This document shows, in pieces, positions 23,305-36,410 of a DNA stretch of 64,000 nucleotides. The notes under the pieces were generated by a model. That model did no database searches. It saw only the letters and a list, made by a program, of their open reading frames with translations, and had not been told where the DNA came from. The translations under genes were made by a program, and so were the position numbers. Location of the stretch: positions 22,063,804 to 22,127,803 of the forward strand of contig NC_090393.1 of NCBI RefSeq assembly GCF_036365525.1. Reading direction: 5' to 3'. How positions within the stretch are numbered: the stretch's first letter is position 1; each line of letters begins with the position of its first letter. The DNA is from Heterodontus francisci (lineage: Eukaryota).

Positions 23305-24385
23305 TTTTTTTTTAAACTAAGTGCCCCTTTCAAAAGGGGCACCACTAATATAGCGTAACAAAAAAATTCCCAAAAACTTTAAAGGAAACTTAGCCAATCA
23401 AATTAAGTTGACATTTCCAGGGGTGTTAACGCACTCCATTGCCCCCGGTGCCCATTGGTTGCGAATGGCCTCAAGCATACTGGAGGACACTGAATGCTTC
23501 CTCTCCAGGGACACCTGGGCTTGGACATAACCATGGAAGAGTGACAGGCAGTTGGGTCGAACAACCCCCTCGATTGCCCACTGCCTGGACCTGTTGATGA
23601 GCACCTTTGACAGAGCCAGGAGCAGTCCCTTGAGGAGCTTCTCCGATCTTCCACTCCCCTCTGCACCGTGGCCAAAGATCAGTAGCGTGGGACTGAAGTG
23701 CAGCTGAAAATTGAGGAGCAGCCTCCTCAGATCATGAAATAGGGGCTGTAACATCACACATCCTATATAAATGCAAAATAAGGACTCCTCCAGCATGCCT
23801 GTAATTTCTGCAAATTCTGTGGTAATGACCTTGAACTCGCCGACCACAAGGGTGATGGAAGCGGAGACGATCACAATGACTTCAAGAGGAAGTCGAATGG
23901 CCACCTGAAAGAAATAGACTTGCAGGGTACGGGGATCTAACCAGGGAGTGGGACTTTCTGCATAGCTCTCTGAAAAGCCAACATGGACTCCATGGATTGA
24001 ATGGCCTTCTGTGCTGTAAATGACTCTCTGACTCGATTACACAGGACTGCCACATGCAACATGCCAAATCCCTAATGGACAAAGGGAGGACTCCCATGTG
24101 GAGAGCCTCTCACCATGGACCTCCATGTCTGGACAGCAGGATGGAATGCCACAGCGTGTTTGGATAGCAGATGAGGGCAAAGAAGTGGAGGTTGCGCAAG
24201 AACAGCCCGTACAGGAAACCCCTCTGGGCAGAGTGGAATGGCATGGAGGGAATTTCCGAGAAATAGCTCAAGTTGTGGGCAGAGACACCCAGGGGAGGTT
24301 TCTGGACCTGGCACCGATGAGAAATTTCGGCTGAACGGGGGTGAGCTCGGATGGGAGTATTACATACACCTGAGCTACCTCGACA
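23305..24385 (-). mobile_element. Tx1/L1-clade LINE ORF2 C-terminal fragment with poly(A) tail, internally interrupted (~23790-24030)
   Basis: Poly-T at ~23305-23313; minus peptides FSPTLLIFGH..LLLALSKVLINRSR..CLSLFHGYVQAQVSLER and GVLPLSIRDLA; 3' hairpin at 23321-23342. Confidence 0.7.
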
Positions 24386-26189
24386 CCTGGGACGTTTTAT
24401 TGCATTAAAGGCGGTATATAAATACAAGTTATTTGACAAAAGGTGGCAATCTCCGTGTGCATCCCGGTTTGTTCATCCTATCAATTTTGCTGCTGTCTGA
24501 TGTAATTCTCAGTTTTCCCACTAGAGTATGATGTTGTTTGTGGAAATTTCTCAGTTTCTGTCCTTTAGTAGGTTGCTGAAGTTTGGATTGGGTTCTTTGT
24601 GGCCACGGTTGTAATTCTGAGCTGTTCCAGCAGAGTATGTTGTGTTTGTAGCTGTGGGATTTTTTTTTGTTGATATTGTTTTTGTTTTGGCTTGGGAGTT
24701 GAGGGCTTGTCTATGACCCTCCTCTCTTGGATATCTGCCACGGAGTAGGTTGTCCCAGGTTTGGCCAGTCTGGGAGGAGGTGAAGGGTCAGAGTCAGGCA
24801 GGTGGAAATGGTGGAAGGCACAGAGGAGGTTGCAGCCCAGGGGAAGCGCCACGTTTCTCAGGTAAAGAAAGACAATTAAAGGGAAAGGAAAGCGGTTTGA
24901 TGCGAGGGACAATGTCGTGTCTGGGGACGGAGACGTTGGATTTGGACATTCCTTGACTTTCGTTGCCCCGAGAGCGTTCAAGGAAGTGAAGTTTGGGAAG
25001 AAAAGCCTTTTTTGAGAATTTAATGTGGAGAGTTTGGCGTCTACAAGCTGGTGTGGGGAAGAAATGTTTTTTCTTGACTCCGCCGATCTCCGCCTCCCTT
25101 ATCCCACCCCCGGCTCCGAAAGGGCTTTCTTTTAACCCCCATCACTGGGGGAGTGAGTGTGAAGGGCTAGAGACAGGGAGTTGATCAGTGAGTCATCGGC
25201 AGCAAAGAACTTTTGTTTCGTTCTTTTAAAAATTATTGTCTTCCCTTTGTTGTGTTTGCGTTTCACACAAAGCCAGAAAGGAACTGAGTGTAGCTTGTCA
25301 ATACTGCAAAACCAGAAATCGGTCTGAGCAATCGGCTTGGGGTGTTTTTAAAGACAGTTTCCCCCACTTTGGGAGTGTTTTTAAAAGGTCTGTGTGTTTA
25401 ATAAATTGACATCAATTAGCAGTGTGTCTGAAATGGGGCTTCTCTCACTCTCTCCCTCCCCCAGCTGTAGAGAATAGTCACTGCGCTGGATTGTGCTGGG
25501 ATTTGGAGGGCAATGTGTCCGTAATTCTAAAATACATTGTAATAGTCTTGTAAAGCCTCTCTTTTTCTGAGGATTGAGCATTTTGCAAGAATTTATTCAT
25601 TAAAAACTATTTTCTCATTGCGAGAAGCGGGATCTTGTTTTATAACTTTACCCATTGAAAGTAAGAGCAGGTCATTCTTCAAAACATTTTCGGGGGGAGC
25701 GGGGTGTTAGATGTACCATTTTATCAGGATTTTGTGATTTCTGGATGGGATTAGGTAAGGAAGTTTTCTTGCGGGGGGGGGGGGGGTAGCTGATTTTAGT
25801 CTGTGTGTGGATTTTTCTCATCCTGTTACAGTGGTCTCTGGGAAGTATTGTGTATTGTTTCTCTCTTATTCAGGGTAACTCCCTTGACTACGCCTTTCCC
25901 GAATGTTCAGTTGTTATATGAAACTACTAATTTAATAAGGCCATGCTTCAAATCCATTGTGTTCTAGTGATTGGGTAAGGGGTTTACCCCCCTTGTGATG
26001 TGTTTGCTTTTGGGGTGGTGAATGGTCTTTTGATATATGGTGTAGTCTGAACTCTCCGTTACAACCTTGTAAAAGGCTGCTGCATGTGTTTTGCCAAAAG
26101 TGCTGTCATTTGTTGTATAAAATTATCTAATCCTAACAGGACATCAGGCAGTGCATTTTATTCCACTCTACAAAAGTCTTGTGGTTGAA

Positions 26190-26405
26190 TAACTCAGCCA
26201 TGCAAACCAAGATGGCCAAAATTTGATTAGTTCTGAGTTAGCTGAGCAAGGTTGTGATGAGTACGATAATTGACCTCTGAGTTAGGTAGGGAGGAATCTA
26301 GCCAGACTGCCATCTTCTGATGGGTGGGCCCTCCTGGATGTGTAGATGTAGAGTGAGCTGAAGATTAGGTTGGTAGTGATACTCCAATAGTCGAATAGCC
26401 ACATT
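26190..26405 (+). repeat. Unclassified SINE-like dispersed repeat (related copies at ~17060-17300 and ~50560-50860)
   Basis: Shared blocks AGCCA.GATT.C, GATRCYC..A.GTCGAA.AGCC and AGCA...AGTCAGC.CCTTCAGG. Confidence 0.45.
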
Positions 26406-26409
26406 AGAT

Positions 26410-26980
26410 AGGTTATGTTTCAGCTATACAGGGTAGTGGTGGGACCACATCTGGATCACTGTGTACAGTATCGGTCACCTTATTTAAGGAAGGATATAAA
26501 CGTGTTGGAAGCAGTTCAGAGAAGGTTTAGTAGACTAATGCCTGCAATGGGCAGGTTGTCTTATGAGGAAAGGTTGGACACGCTAGGCTGGAGTTTAGAA
26601 GAATAAGAGGCGACTTGATTGAAACATATAAGATTCTGAGGGGTCTTGACAGGTTCGATGTGGAAAGGATGTTTCCTCTTGTGGGAGAATCTAAGGGTCA
26701 CTGTTTAAAAATAAGGGGTTGCCCATTTAAGACAGAGATGAGGAGAATTTTTTTCTGAGGATCCTGAGTCTTTGGAACTCTTTTCCTCAAAAGGTGGTGG
26801 AAGCAGAGTCTTTAAATATTTTTAAGGTAGAGGTAGATAGATTCTTGATAAGCAAGGGGGTGAAAGGTTATTGGGGGGTAGGTGGGAATGTGGAGTTGAG
26901 GTTACAATCAGATCAGCCATGATCTTATTGAATGGCGGAGCGGGGCCGAGTGGCCTACTCCTGCTCCTAGTTCATAGGCT
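26410..26980 (+). mobile_element. CR1 LINE 3' fragment
   Basis: QLYRVVVGPHLDHCVQYRSPYLRKDINVLEAVQRRF; tail GAGTGGCCTACTCCTGCTCCT. Confidence 0.9.
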
Positions 26981-27000
26981 TACATATAATGCATGAAAAG

Positions 27001-27505
27001 AAAGACTTGCATTTATATACCATTCGTGACCACCAGACGTCCCAAAGTGCCTTAAAGCCAATGAAGCACCTTCAAAGTGTAGGCACTGTTATAATGTTTA
27101 TTTTTTTATTTTATTTAGAGATACAGCACTGAAACAGGCCCTTCGGCCCACCGCGTCTGTGCCGACCATCAACCACCCATTTATACTAATCCCATATTCC
27201 TACCACATCCCCACCTGTCCCTAAATTCCCCGACCACCTACCTATACTCGGGGGCAAATTTATAATGGCCAATTTACCTATCAACCTGCAAGTCTTTGGT
27301 GGTGGGAGGAAACCGGAGCACCCAGAGGAAACCCACACAGACACAGGGAGAACTTGCAAACTCCACACAGGCAGTACCCAGAATTGAACCCGGGTCGCTG
27401 GAGCTGTGAGGCTGCGGTGCTAACCACTATGCCACTGTGCCTAGGCAACACAGCAGCCAATTTGCACACAGCAAGGTCCTACAAGCAGCAATGTGATAAT
27501 GTGAT
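27001..27505 (-). mobile_element. SacSINE1-like fragment interrupted by an HE1-like V-SINE (27097-27441)
   Basis: DeuSINE-like sequence breaks at AATGT and resumes at TAGGCAAC; the insert is the reverse complement of 11886-12218. Confidence 0.85.
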
Positions 27506-27659
27506 GGCCACATGGCAAGGTATGAGAAGGCCAGCAAACCTCTGCAAGGAGTCAATACCTGCAGGAAAGAATGAGGGGGCAGAAGATTAGCAGGAAAATG
27601 GTTTTTATTGCTATTTGCATGTTTCTGTCTGTTACAGAGACTGAGCAGCTGTAGCGACT

Positions 27660-30365
27660 GTCCTAGGAACATAGGAGCAGGAGTAGGCCATTCAGCCCCT
27701 CGAGCCTGCCTGCCATTCAATATGATCATGGCTGAACATCCACCTCATTGCCTTTTTCCCACACTATCCTCATAGCACCTTATGTCATTTTGTATTTAGA
27801 AATCTGTCAATCTCTGCTTTAAACATACTCAATGACGGAGCTTCCACAGCCCTGTGGGGTAGAGAATTCCAAAGATTCACAACACTTTCGTTAAAGAAAA
27901 TTCTCCTCATCTCTGTCCTAAGTGGTTTCCCCCTTACTTTGAAATTCTTTCCCCTGGTTCTAGACTCCCAACCAAGAGAAACATTTTAGCTGCATCTATC
28001 CTGTCCATCCCTTTAAATATTTTGTAGGTTTCAATGAGATCATCTCTCATTCTTCGAAACTCTAGAGAATACAGGCCCAGGTTCCCCAGTCTCTCTTCAT
28101 AGGACAGTCCCACCATCCCGGGTCTGGTGAACCTTCGTTGCACTCCCTCTATGGCAATAATATCCTTCCTAAGGTAAGGAGACCAAAACTGCACACAGTA
28201 TTCCAGGTGCGGTCTAACCAAGGTTCTGTACAATTGAAGCAAGACTTCACTACTCCTGTACTCAAATCCTCTTGCGATAAAGGCTAACATACCATTAGCC
28301 TTCCTAATTGCTTGCTGAACCTGCATGTTAGCATTCAGTGACTTATTGACTAGAACACCCAGGTCACTTTGGACATCTACACTTTCTAATCTCAACATTT
28401 AAGAAATACTCTGCACATCTATTCCTCCTGCCAAAATGGATAACCTCACATTTTTCCACATTATATTCCATCTACCACGTTCTTGCCCACTCACTAAGTC
28501 TGTCCAAATCCCCTTGAAGCCGCTTTGTATCTTCCTCACAACACACATTCCCACCTAGTTTTGAGCCATTGGCGAACTTGGAAATATTACATTTGTCCCC
28601 ACATCCAAATCATTGATATATATTGTGAACAGCTGGGGCCCAAGCACTGATCCATGTGGTACTCCACTATTCGCGGCCTGCCAATGCGAGAATGACCCGT
28701 TTATTCCTACTCTCTGCTTTCTGTCTGTTAACCAATCCTCAATCCCTGCCAGTATATTACCTCCTATCCCATGTGCTTTAATTTTACTAACCTGTGAGGA
28801 CTTTATCAAAAGCCATCTGAAAATCCAAGTATACCACGTCAGCCGACTCCCCTTTATCAATTCTGTTAGTAACATCCTCAAAAAACTCCAACAGGTTCGT
28901 CAAACATGAATTCCCATTCATAAATCCATGTTGACGATGCCCAATCAGATCATTATTATCCAAGTATCCATTTATCACATCCTTTAGAATAGATTCTAGC
29001 ATTTTCTTAATGACTGACGTAAGGGTCTGTAGTTCCGTGTTTTCCTTCTCCCTCCCTTCTTAAATAGTAGGGTGACATTTGCTACCTTCCAATCTGCAGG
29101 AACTGTTCCAGAATCTATAGAATTTTGGAAGATGATCACCACTGCATCCACTGTCTCCATAGCTACCTCTTTCAAGACTCTGGGATGTAGAATATCAGGT
29201 CCTGGGGACTTATTAACTTTCCGCCCCATTAGTTTCTCCAATACAACCTTCTTACTAATACTAATTTTCTTCAATTCATCATTCCCCCTAATCCCTTGGA
29301 TCTCTAATTCTGGGAGATTTCTTGTATCTTCCTCAGTGAAGACAAACACAAAGTAATCATTTGGCTTCTCTGCCATTTCTCTATTCCCCATTATAAATTA
29401 TCCTGATGCTGCCTGTAATGGACCCACATTTGTCTTAGCCAAATGTTTCCTTTTTACGTACCTGTAGAAGCTTTTACAGTCCGTTTTCATATTTTTTTGC
29501 TAGTTTACATTCATATTCTATTCTCCCTTTATCAGTTTCTTCGTCCTCCTTTGCTGTATTCTAAAATCCTCAGGTTTACTATTATTTCTGGCAACTTTAT
29601 AGGCCTTTTCTTTTATGCAATCCTTAACTTCCTTTGTTATCCAAAGTTGACTGCCTTTACTTTGGGGGTTTTTGTGCCTTGAAGGAATGTATAGTTGCTG
29701 CAACCTATGTAATATTTATTTAAAGACTATCCATTGCCAATGTACTGTCATACCTTTTAATGTATTTTCCCAGTCCACCTTAGCCAATTTGCCCCTCATA
29801 CCTTCATAATTTCCTTTGTTCAAATTTAACACCCTGGCTTCAGATTGAGCTACCTCACTTTCAAACATAATGTAAAATTCTATCATATTGTGGTCACTCA
29901 TCCCTAAATGTTCTTTTACAACAAGATTAGTAATTAGCCCTTTCTCATTACATAAAACTAGATCTAAAATAGCCTTTTCTGTAGTCGGTTCCTCAACATA
30001 CTGCTCTAGAAAACCATCCCTAACACACTCCAGAAACTCGTCCTCCATAGTATTGGTGCTAGTTAGGTTTACCCAGTCTATATGCAGATTGAAGTCACTT
30101 ATGATTACCATATTACCCATGCCACTTCTCTAATCTGACTAATACCTTGCCCACACTACCACTACTATTTGGCCTGTAAACAACAGCTACCAATATTTGC
30201 TGCCCCTTGCAGTTTCTTAGCTCCACCCAAACAGATTGCACATTTTGTTCTTCCGATCCTTTACTAATGTACTGATCCCATCCCTTCTTATCAGCGCAAC
30301 ACCACCTCCTTTTCCATTTTGTCTGTCCTTCCTAAATGTCGAATGTCCTTGAATACTCAGTTCCC
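27660..30365 (-). mobile_element. Long degraded CR1 LINE ORF2 (endonuclease C-term, RT, 3' end)
   Basis: Frameshifted ORFs [75 protein letters not shown]. Confidence 0.95.
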
Positions 30366-30367
30366 TT

Positions 30368-30600
30368 GTGGGTCTGGAATCACACGTAGGCCAGACCAGG
30401 TGTGGATTGCAGATTTCCTTCCCTGAAGGAGGGCAAGGTTTTTACAACAATCAATGATAGTTTCATGCTGCCCTAACTGAGACTAGTTCTCAATTCCAGA
30501 TTTTTATTAATTAATTGATTTTAAATTCCACCATCTCCCATGGTGTAAGCCTGGGTCTCTGGATTACTAGTTAATGACATTACCACTACACCACCATCTC
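30368..30600 (-). mobile_element. tRNA-headed SINE fragment
   Basis: Minus strand starts GGTGGTGTAGTGGTAATGTC..CTAGTAATCCAGAGACCCAGG (tRNA-like A box). Confidence 0.6.
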
Positions 30601-30614
30601 CCCTATATTTCATG

Positions 30615-31620
30615 TGTTATGAAAACCCCACATGCCAAATGGGAAATATTAATGTCATCAATTGGAACTTTGCCTGAGACTTTTACTGGAAATTGTTACA
30701 AATAACGTTTTAAAAAACAACAGCTAGCAGCCAGAATGGCCATGGACATTTGCATTTGAAACATCAAAGGATTAGACTGGAGACAAACATGATTGACTCA
30801 GTCTAGCCAGAACAATGGGGTGCTCTCTGATTCAGTTACCGGAGATAACCTTATCAATGTGGTCGTCAAGAGCCATCGACACCCATTGACTTTGAAAGAG
30901 CCAACCCCCCCACCAAGTATGTCTGGACAGCTTGAATTTCAGAGAAAATTCCAGTAGAACCTCATTAAAACACAAAGAAGTGGTCATGTCATGTGACTGC
31001 TTGTGCAACTCCGGTAGAATCAATGTTGTGATTCAGAAAGCAGACAGTAACAGAGCAGCCATCAACGGAGTTGGACTCGTTTCCCCTCTCTCCAGTAAAG
31101 ATCCAGAAAAGCCTCGGCTGAAACTGCTAAAGCCTCAAACCTACAGACCAGCACAGCCAGCAACTAGGGGACAAGGATAAAACCCCATCTTCTGCCTTCC
31201 AGAGTCTGAGAAGCAAACCTACAACTGTGCATGTGGCCCAGTGACGACCTCAGGACTACAATTACAACTAAGGACTCTGGGACTGAGATTCAGTATTTAA
31301 ATTCCATTTATTACAGACTCTATTCCAACCACCCAACTCTGTTTTTCCCTCTGTAATCTATTTGTGTGTGTGTCTCTCTCATGTGAATGTGAGCGTGGAT
31401 ACATAGCGTATTTTTAGTAACTTCAAGTGGTTTGGAGTGATAAAGATAATAAATTTACATCTTTCTTGTTTAAAATCAAGAAAACCTGTTGGGTTCATTT
31501 GCAATTATATTAGAGGAACAGGAGCAAGCGATCACTGAGGTTGTAAGTTCAATCACTGTGTTAAAAATGGATAAACCCTGTTGCAGTCAAACCAGAGAAG
31601 GGGCGAAACTGGTCGTAACA
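30615..31620 (+). mobile_element. Solo LTR (~1006 bp)
   Basis: Termini TGTTAT...GTAACA; 4-bp TSD CATG at 30611-30614 and 31621-31624; internal AATAAA ~31448. Confidence 0.85.
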
Positions 31621-33250
31621 CATGTATCCACTTGCTGAGAATTATTAATTACAAAGTGAGACCAGGTTACTGGCTGGCCAAGTGAAGAACAGGAAGACCT
31701 GTAAAAGGAAGGGCAGAGCAAGTAAGAGAGAAAAATAATTGCATCTGACGCCTTAATTGCGTTGTATTCAGTGGTGAGAGCTGTGGCAGCTGTGGATCTG
31801 ATAAGCTTGGTCTTTTATATTGTGTCAAATAATTAAAAACTCCTCTTGTGCGCATCACAAGGACCTGGCTGAACAACATTTTTTCCATATGCAGTCACTT
31901 ATTCTGCAAAAGAAAGATATGAACCTCTGTTCCGCCTTCATTGAGGGCATTTTAATCTTGTGGGTGTTTTCTAGTCTTTAAGCACATCATTTACATCAGG
32001 TAATCCATGTGTTTCTATAGGTGCTTTTAAGGATAAATATAAAGGGAAATTTATCAGTTGGTGTGAAATCAGCCAGTTGCAGCAACAAGCGTGACACATA
32101 AATATCAGCATCGACTGTTATGCCTGAAAGTGGCATATAAACTGTTGTGGAAACACTTGCGTTACTCTCTGTTGTTATGGGAGGGTTCCTGGTGGATTTT
32201 ACCAGTCAGCGTGAAATAAATTACTACTTTGTGCTATCTTGTGTTAAATCCCAGCCTCCTGTGGTAAATTATCAGTGTCTGCTGAATGCCTTTCACTGAT
32301 GCCATAACAACATTAGAAATAGGAGCAGGAATAGACCATACAGCCCCTCGAGCCTGTTCCGCCATTCAATATGATCATGGCTGATCCTCAGTCTCAACTC
32401 CACTTTCCCGCCCATTCTCCATATCCTTTGATTCCCTGACAGACCAAAATCTGTGTATCTCAGCCTTAAATATATTCAACGATGGAAAGTCCACATCCCT
32501 CTGGGGTAGAGAATTCCAAAGATTTACAACCCTTTGAGTGAAGAAATTTCTCATCTCATTGCTAAATGATTGACCTCATCCTGAGACTGTGTCCCTGTGT
32601 TCTAGATTCCCCAGCCAGTGGAAATGACCTCTCAGTGTCTACCCTGTCAAGCCTCTTCAGAATCTAGTATGTTTCAATGATATCACCTCTTATTCTTTTA
32701 AACTCCATAGAGACCCAATTTACTCAACAAGCTCATCATAGGACAACCCTCTCATCCCAGAAACAAATCTAGTGAGCCTTCGCTGTACTGCCTCCAATGC
32801 AAGTATATCCTTCCTTAAATATGGAGACCAAAACTGCACACAGTATTCCAGGTGGTCTCATCAAAGCACTGTACAATTGTAGCAAGGCTTCCTTACTCTT
32901 GTACTCCAATCCCTTTGCAATAAAGGCCGACATGCTATTTGCCTTCCTAATTGCTTTCTTTACCTGCGTGCTAACTTCCTGTGTTCCTTGTACAAGTATA
33001 CCCAAGTCCCTTTTAACATCAACATTTACAAGTTTCAAACCTTTTTTTTAAAAATTCTGTTTTTCAGTTCTAACTACCGAAGTGAATAACCTCAAACTTC
33101 CCCACATTATACACCACCTTGTTGCCCACTCACTTAGCCAGTCTATATCCCTTTGCAGCCTCTTTGTGTCCTCCTCTCAGTTTACATTCCCACCTAGCTT
33201 TGTATCGTCAGCAAACTTAGATACATTACTCTCGGTCTTTTCGTCTAATT

Positions 33251-33500
33251 CAGGGGTCGCCAACCTTTTCTTTATTGACAGCTACTTCAAATAAAGGAAA
33301 AATATCGCGAGCCACACCCCCGCTCACTCTCCCCCAACCCCTTGTCGCTCACTCGTCATGTTGTGACATCAGTACATGGTGATGTCAGGGTGCGCATGCG
33401 GGGAGTAATGCTGGCAGGATGACATGGGTGATCGGACTGCATTGTCGGGAGCTTTATGCAAGTTACCAGTAGCTCGCGATCAATGAGTTGGTGACCCCTG
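33251..33500. mobile_element. hAT (Charlie-like) MITE
   Basis: TIRs CAGGGGTCGCCAAC / GTTGGTGACCCCTG; 8-bp TSD GTCTAATT / GTCTAAGT. Confidence 0.9.
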
Positions 33501-34169
33501 GTCTAAGTCATTAATATAGATTGTAAATAGCTGAGGCCCCAGCACTGATCCTTGCCACACTTCACTAGTCACAGCCTGCCAGCTTGAAAATGCCCCATTT
33601 ATCCCTACACTCTGCTTCCTGTCTGTTAACCAATCCTCTTTCTGCTAATATATTACCCCCAACTACTTGAGCCCTTATCTTGCATATTATCCTTTTGTGT
33701 GGAACCTTATCAAATACTTTTTGGCTCCCTACTAGTTATATCCTCAAAAAACTCAAATTTGTCAAACACGATTTCACTTTTGTAAAACCATGCTGACTTT
33801 GTCTGATCATACTATGATTTTCTAAGTGCATTGTTAGAACTTCCTTAATAATAGACTCCAGCATTTTCTCAATGACTGTTTTCTGTCTCCCACCTTTCTT
33901 GAATAGCAGTGTTACATTTGCTAACTTCCAATCTGCTGGGACCCTTCTAGAATCTAGGGAATTTTGGACAGTCATAACCAGTGCATCCACGATCTCTGCA
34001 GCTACCTCTTGTAGAACTTGAGGATGTAGGCCATCAGGTCCTGGGGATTTGTCAAATTTTGGACCCTTAGGCTTCGCCAATGCTTTTTCTCTGCTGATAT
34101 TAATCACCTTAAGTTCCTCACTCTTATTAGCCCCTTGTTTGCCCTCTATATCTGGTATTTAATTTGTAT

Positions 34170-36410
34170 TTTTTTTTATTCATTCATGGGATGTTGGCAT
34201 TGCTGGCTAGGCCAGCGTTTATTGCCCATCCCTAATTGCCCTTGAGAAGGTGGTGGTGAACCGCTGCTGTCCTTGGGGTGTAGGTACATCCACAATGTTG
34301 TTAGGAAGGGAGTTCCAGGATTTTGACCCAGCGACAATGAAGGAATGATGATATAGTTCCAAGTTAGTGTGTCTTGGAGGGGAACTTGCAGGTAGTGGTG
34401 TTCCCATGCATCTGCTGTCCTTGTCCTTCTAGGTAGAGGTCACAGGTTTGGAAGGTGCTGTCGAAGGAGACTTGGTGAGTTGCTGCAGTGCGTCTTGTAG
34501 ATGGTACACACTGCTGCCATTGTGCGTCAGTGGTGGAGGAGTGAATGTTTGTGGATGGGGTGTCAATCAAGCGGGCTGCTTTATCTTGGATGGTGTTGAG
34601 CTTCTTGAGTGTTGTTGGAGCTGCATTCATCCAGGCAAGTGGAGAGTATTCCATCACACTCCTGACTTATGCCTTGTAAATGGTGGAGAGGCACTGGGGA
34701 GTCAGGAGGTGAGTTATTCGCCACAGAATTCCCAGTCTCTGTTCTGCTCTTGTAACCACAGTATTTATATGGCATCTCCAGTTCAGTTTCTGGTCAATGG
34801 TAACTCCCAGGATGTTGCTAATGGGGGATTCAGCGATGGTAATGGCATTGAACATCAAGGGGAGATGGTTAGATTCTCTCTTGTTTGAGATGGTCATTGC
34901 CTGGCACTTGTGTGGCGCGAATGTTACTTGCCACTTTATCAGCACAAGCCTGGATGTTGTCCAGGTCTTATTGCATCTGGGCACAGGCTGCTTCAGTATC
35001 TGAGAAGTCGTGACTGATACTGAACATTGTGCAATCATCAGTGAACAGCCCCACTTCTGACCTTATGATGGAGGGAAAGTCAATAATGAAGCAAATCAAG
35101 ATGGTTGGGCCTAGGACACTACCCTGAGGAACTCCTGAAGTGAAGTCCTGGGACTGAGATGATTGACCTGCAACAACCACACCCATCTTCCTTTGTGTTA
35201 GGTATGACTACAACCAGTGGAGAGTTTTCCCCCTGATTCCCATTGACTCAAGTTTTGCTAGGGCTCCTTGATACCATACTTGGTAAAATGCTGCCTTGAT
35301 GTCCAGGGCAGTCACCCTCACCTCCTCTCTTGAGTTCAGCTCTTTTGGACACAGGCTCTAATGAGGTCAGGAGCCGAGGGCCCTGGCGGAACCCAAGCTG
35401 AGCATCAGTGAGCAGGTTATTGCTGAGCAAGTGCTGCTTGATAGTATTGTCGATGACACCTTCCATTACTTTGCCAATGATCGAGAGTAGACTGATAGGG
35501 CGGTAATTGGCCTGGTTTGATTTGTCCTGCATTTTGTGTACAGGACGTCCCTGGGCAATTTTTGACATTGCCAGTGTTGTAGGTGTACTGGAACAGCTTG
35601 GCTAGGGGCTTGACTAGTTCTGGAGCACGTCTTCAGTACTGTTGCCAGAATGTTGTCGGGACCCATAGCTTTTGCAGCATCCAGTGCCTTCAGCCATTTC
35701 TTGCTATCACGTGGAGTGAATCAGATTGGCTGAAGACTGCCATCTCCTCAGGAGGAGGCCGAGATGGATCATCCACTCGGCACTTCTGGCTTAAGATGGA
35801 TGTAAATGCTTCAGCCTTATCTTTCGCACAAATGTGCTGGGCTTCCCCCATTGTTGAGGATGAGCCTCCTTCTCCTGTTATTTGTTTAATTGTCCACTAC
35901 CATTCATGACTGGATGTGGCAGGACTGCAGAGCTTAGAGCTGATCCGTTGGTTGTGGGATCGCTTAGCCCTCTCTATCACATGCTGCTTCTGCTGTTTGG
36001 CAAGCAAGTAGTCCTAGGTTGTAGCTTCACCAGGTTGACACCTCATTTTGAGGTATGCCTAGTGCTTCTCCTGGCAAGCCCTCCTGCACTCTTCTTCCTA
36101 GCTTGATGGTTATGGTAGAGTGGGGGATATGTGGTTGAGTACTATTCTGCTGCTGCTGATGGCCCACAGCACCTCATGGATGCCCAGTTTTGAGTTGCTA
36201 GATCTGTTTGAAATCTATCCCATTTAGCACAGTGGTAGTGCCACACAACACGGTGGGTACCCTCAATCTGAAGACGGGACTTAGTCTCCACAAGGACTGT
36301 GTGGTGGTCACTCCTACCAATACTGTCATGGACAAGTGCATCTGTGACAGGTAGATTGGTGAGGATGAATTCAAGTAGGTTTTTCCCTTTTGTTGGTTCC
36401 CACACCAACT
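34170..36410 (-). mobile_element. CR1 LINE family B ORF2 fragment nested in family A
   Basis: SGVPQGSVLGPTI, LFTDDCT, NYRPISLLSIIGKVMEG, IGRSDHHTVLV; T-rich tail at ~34170. Confidence 0.9.
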
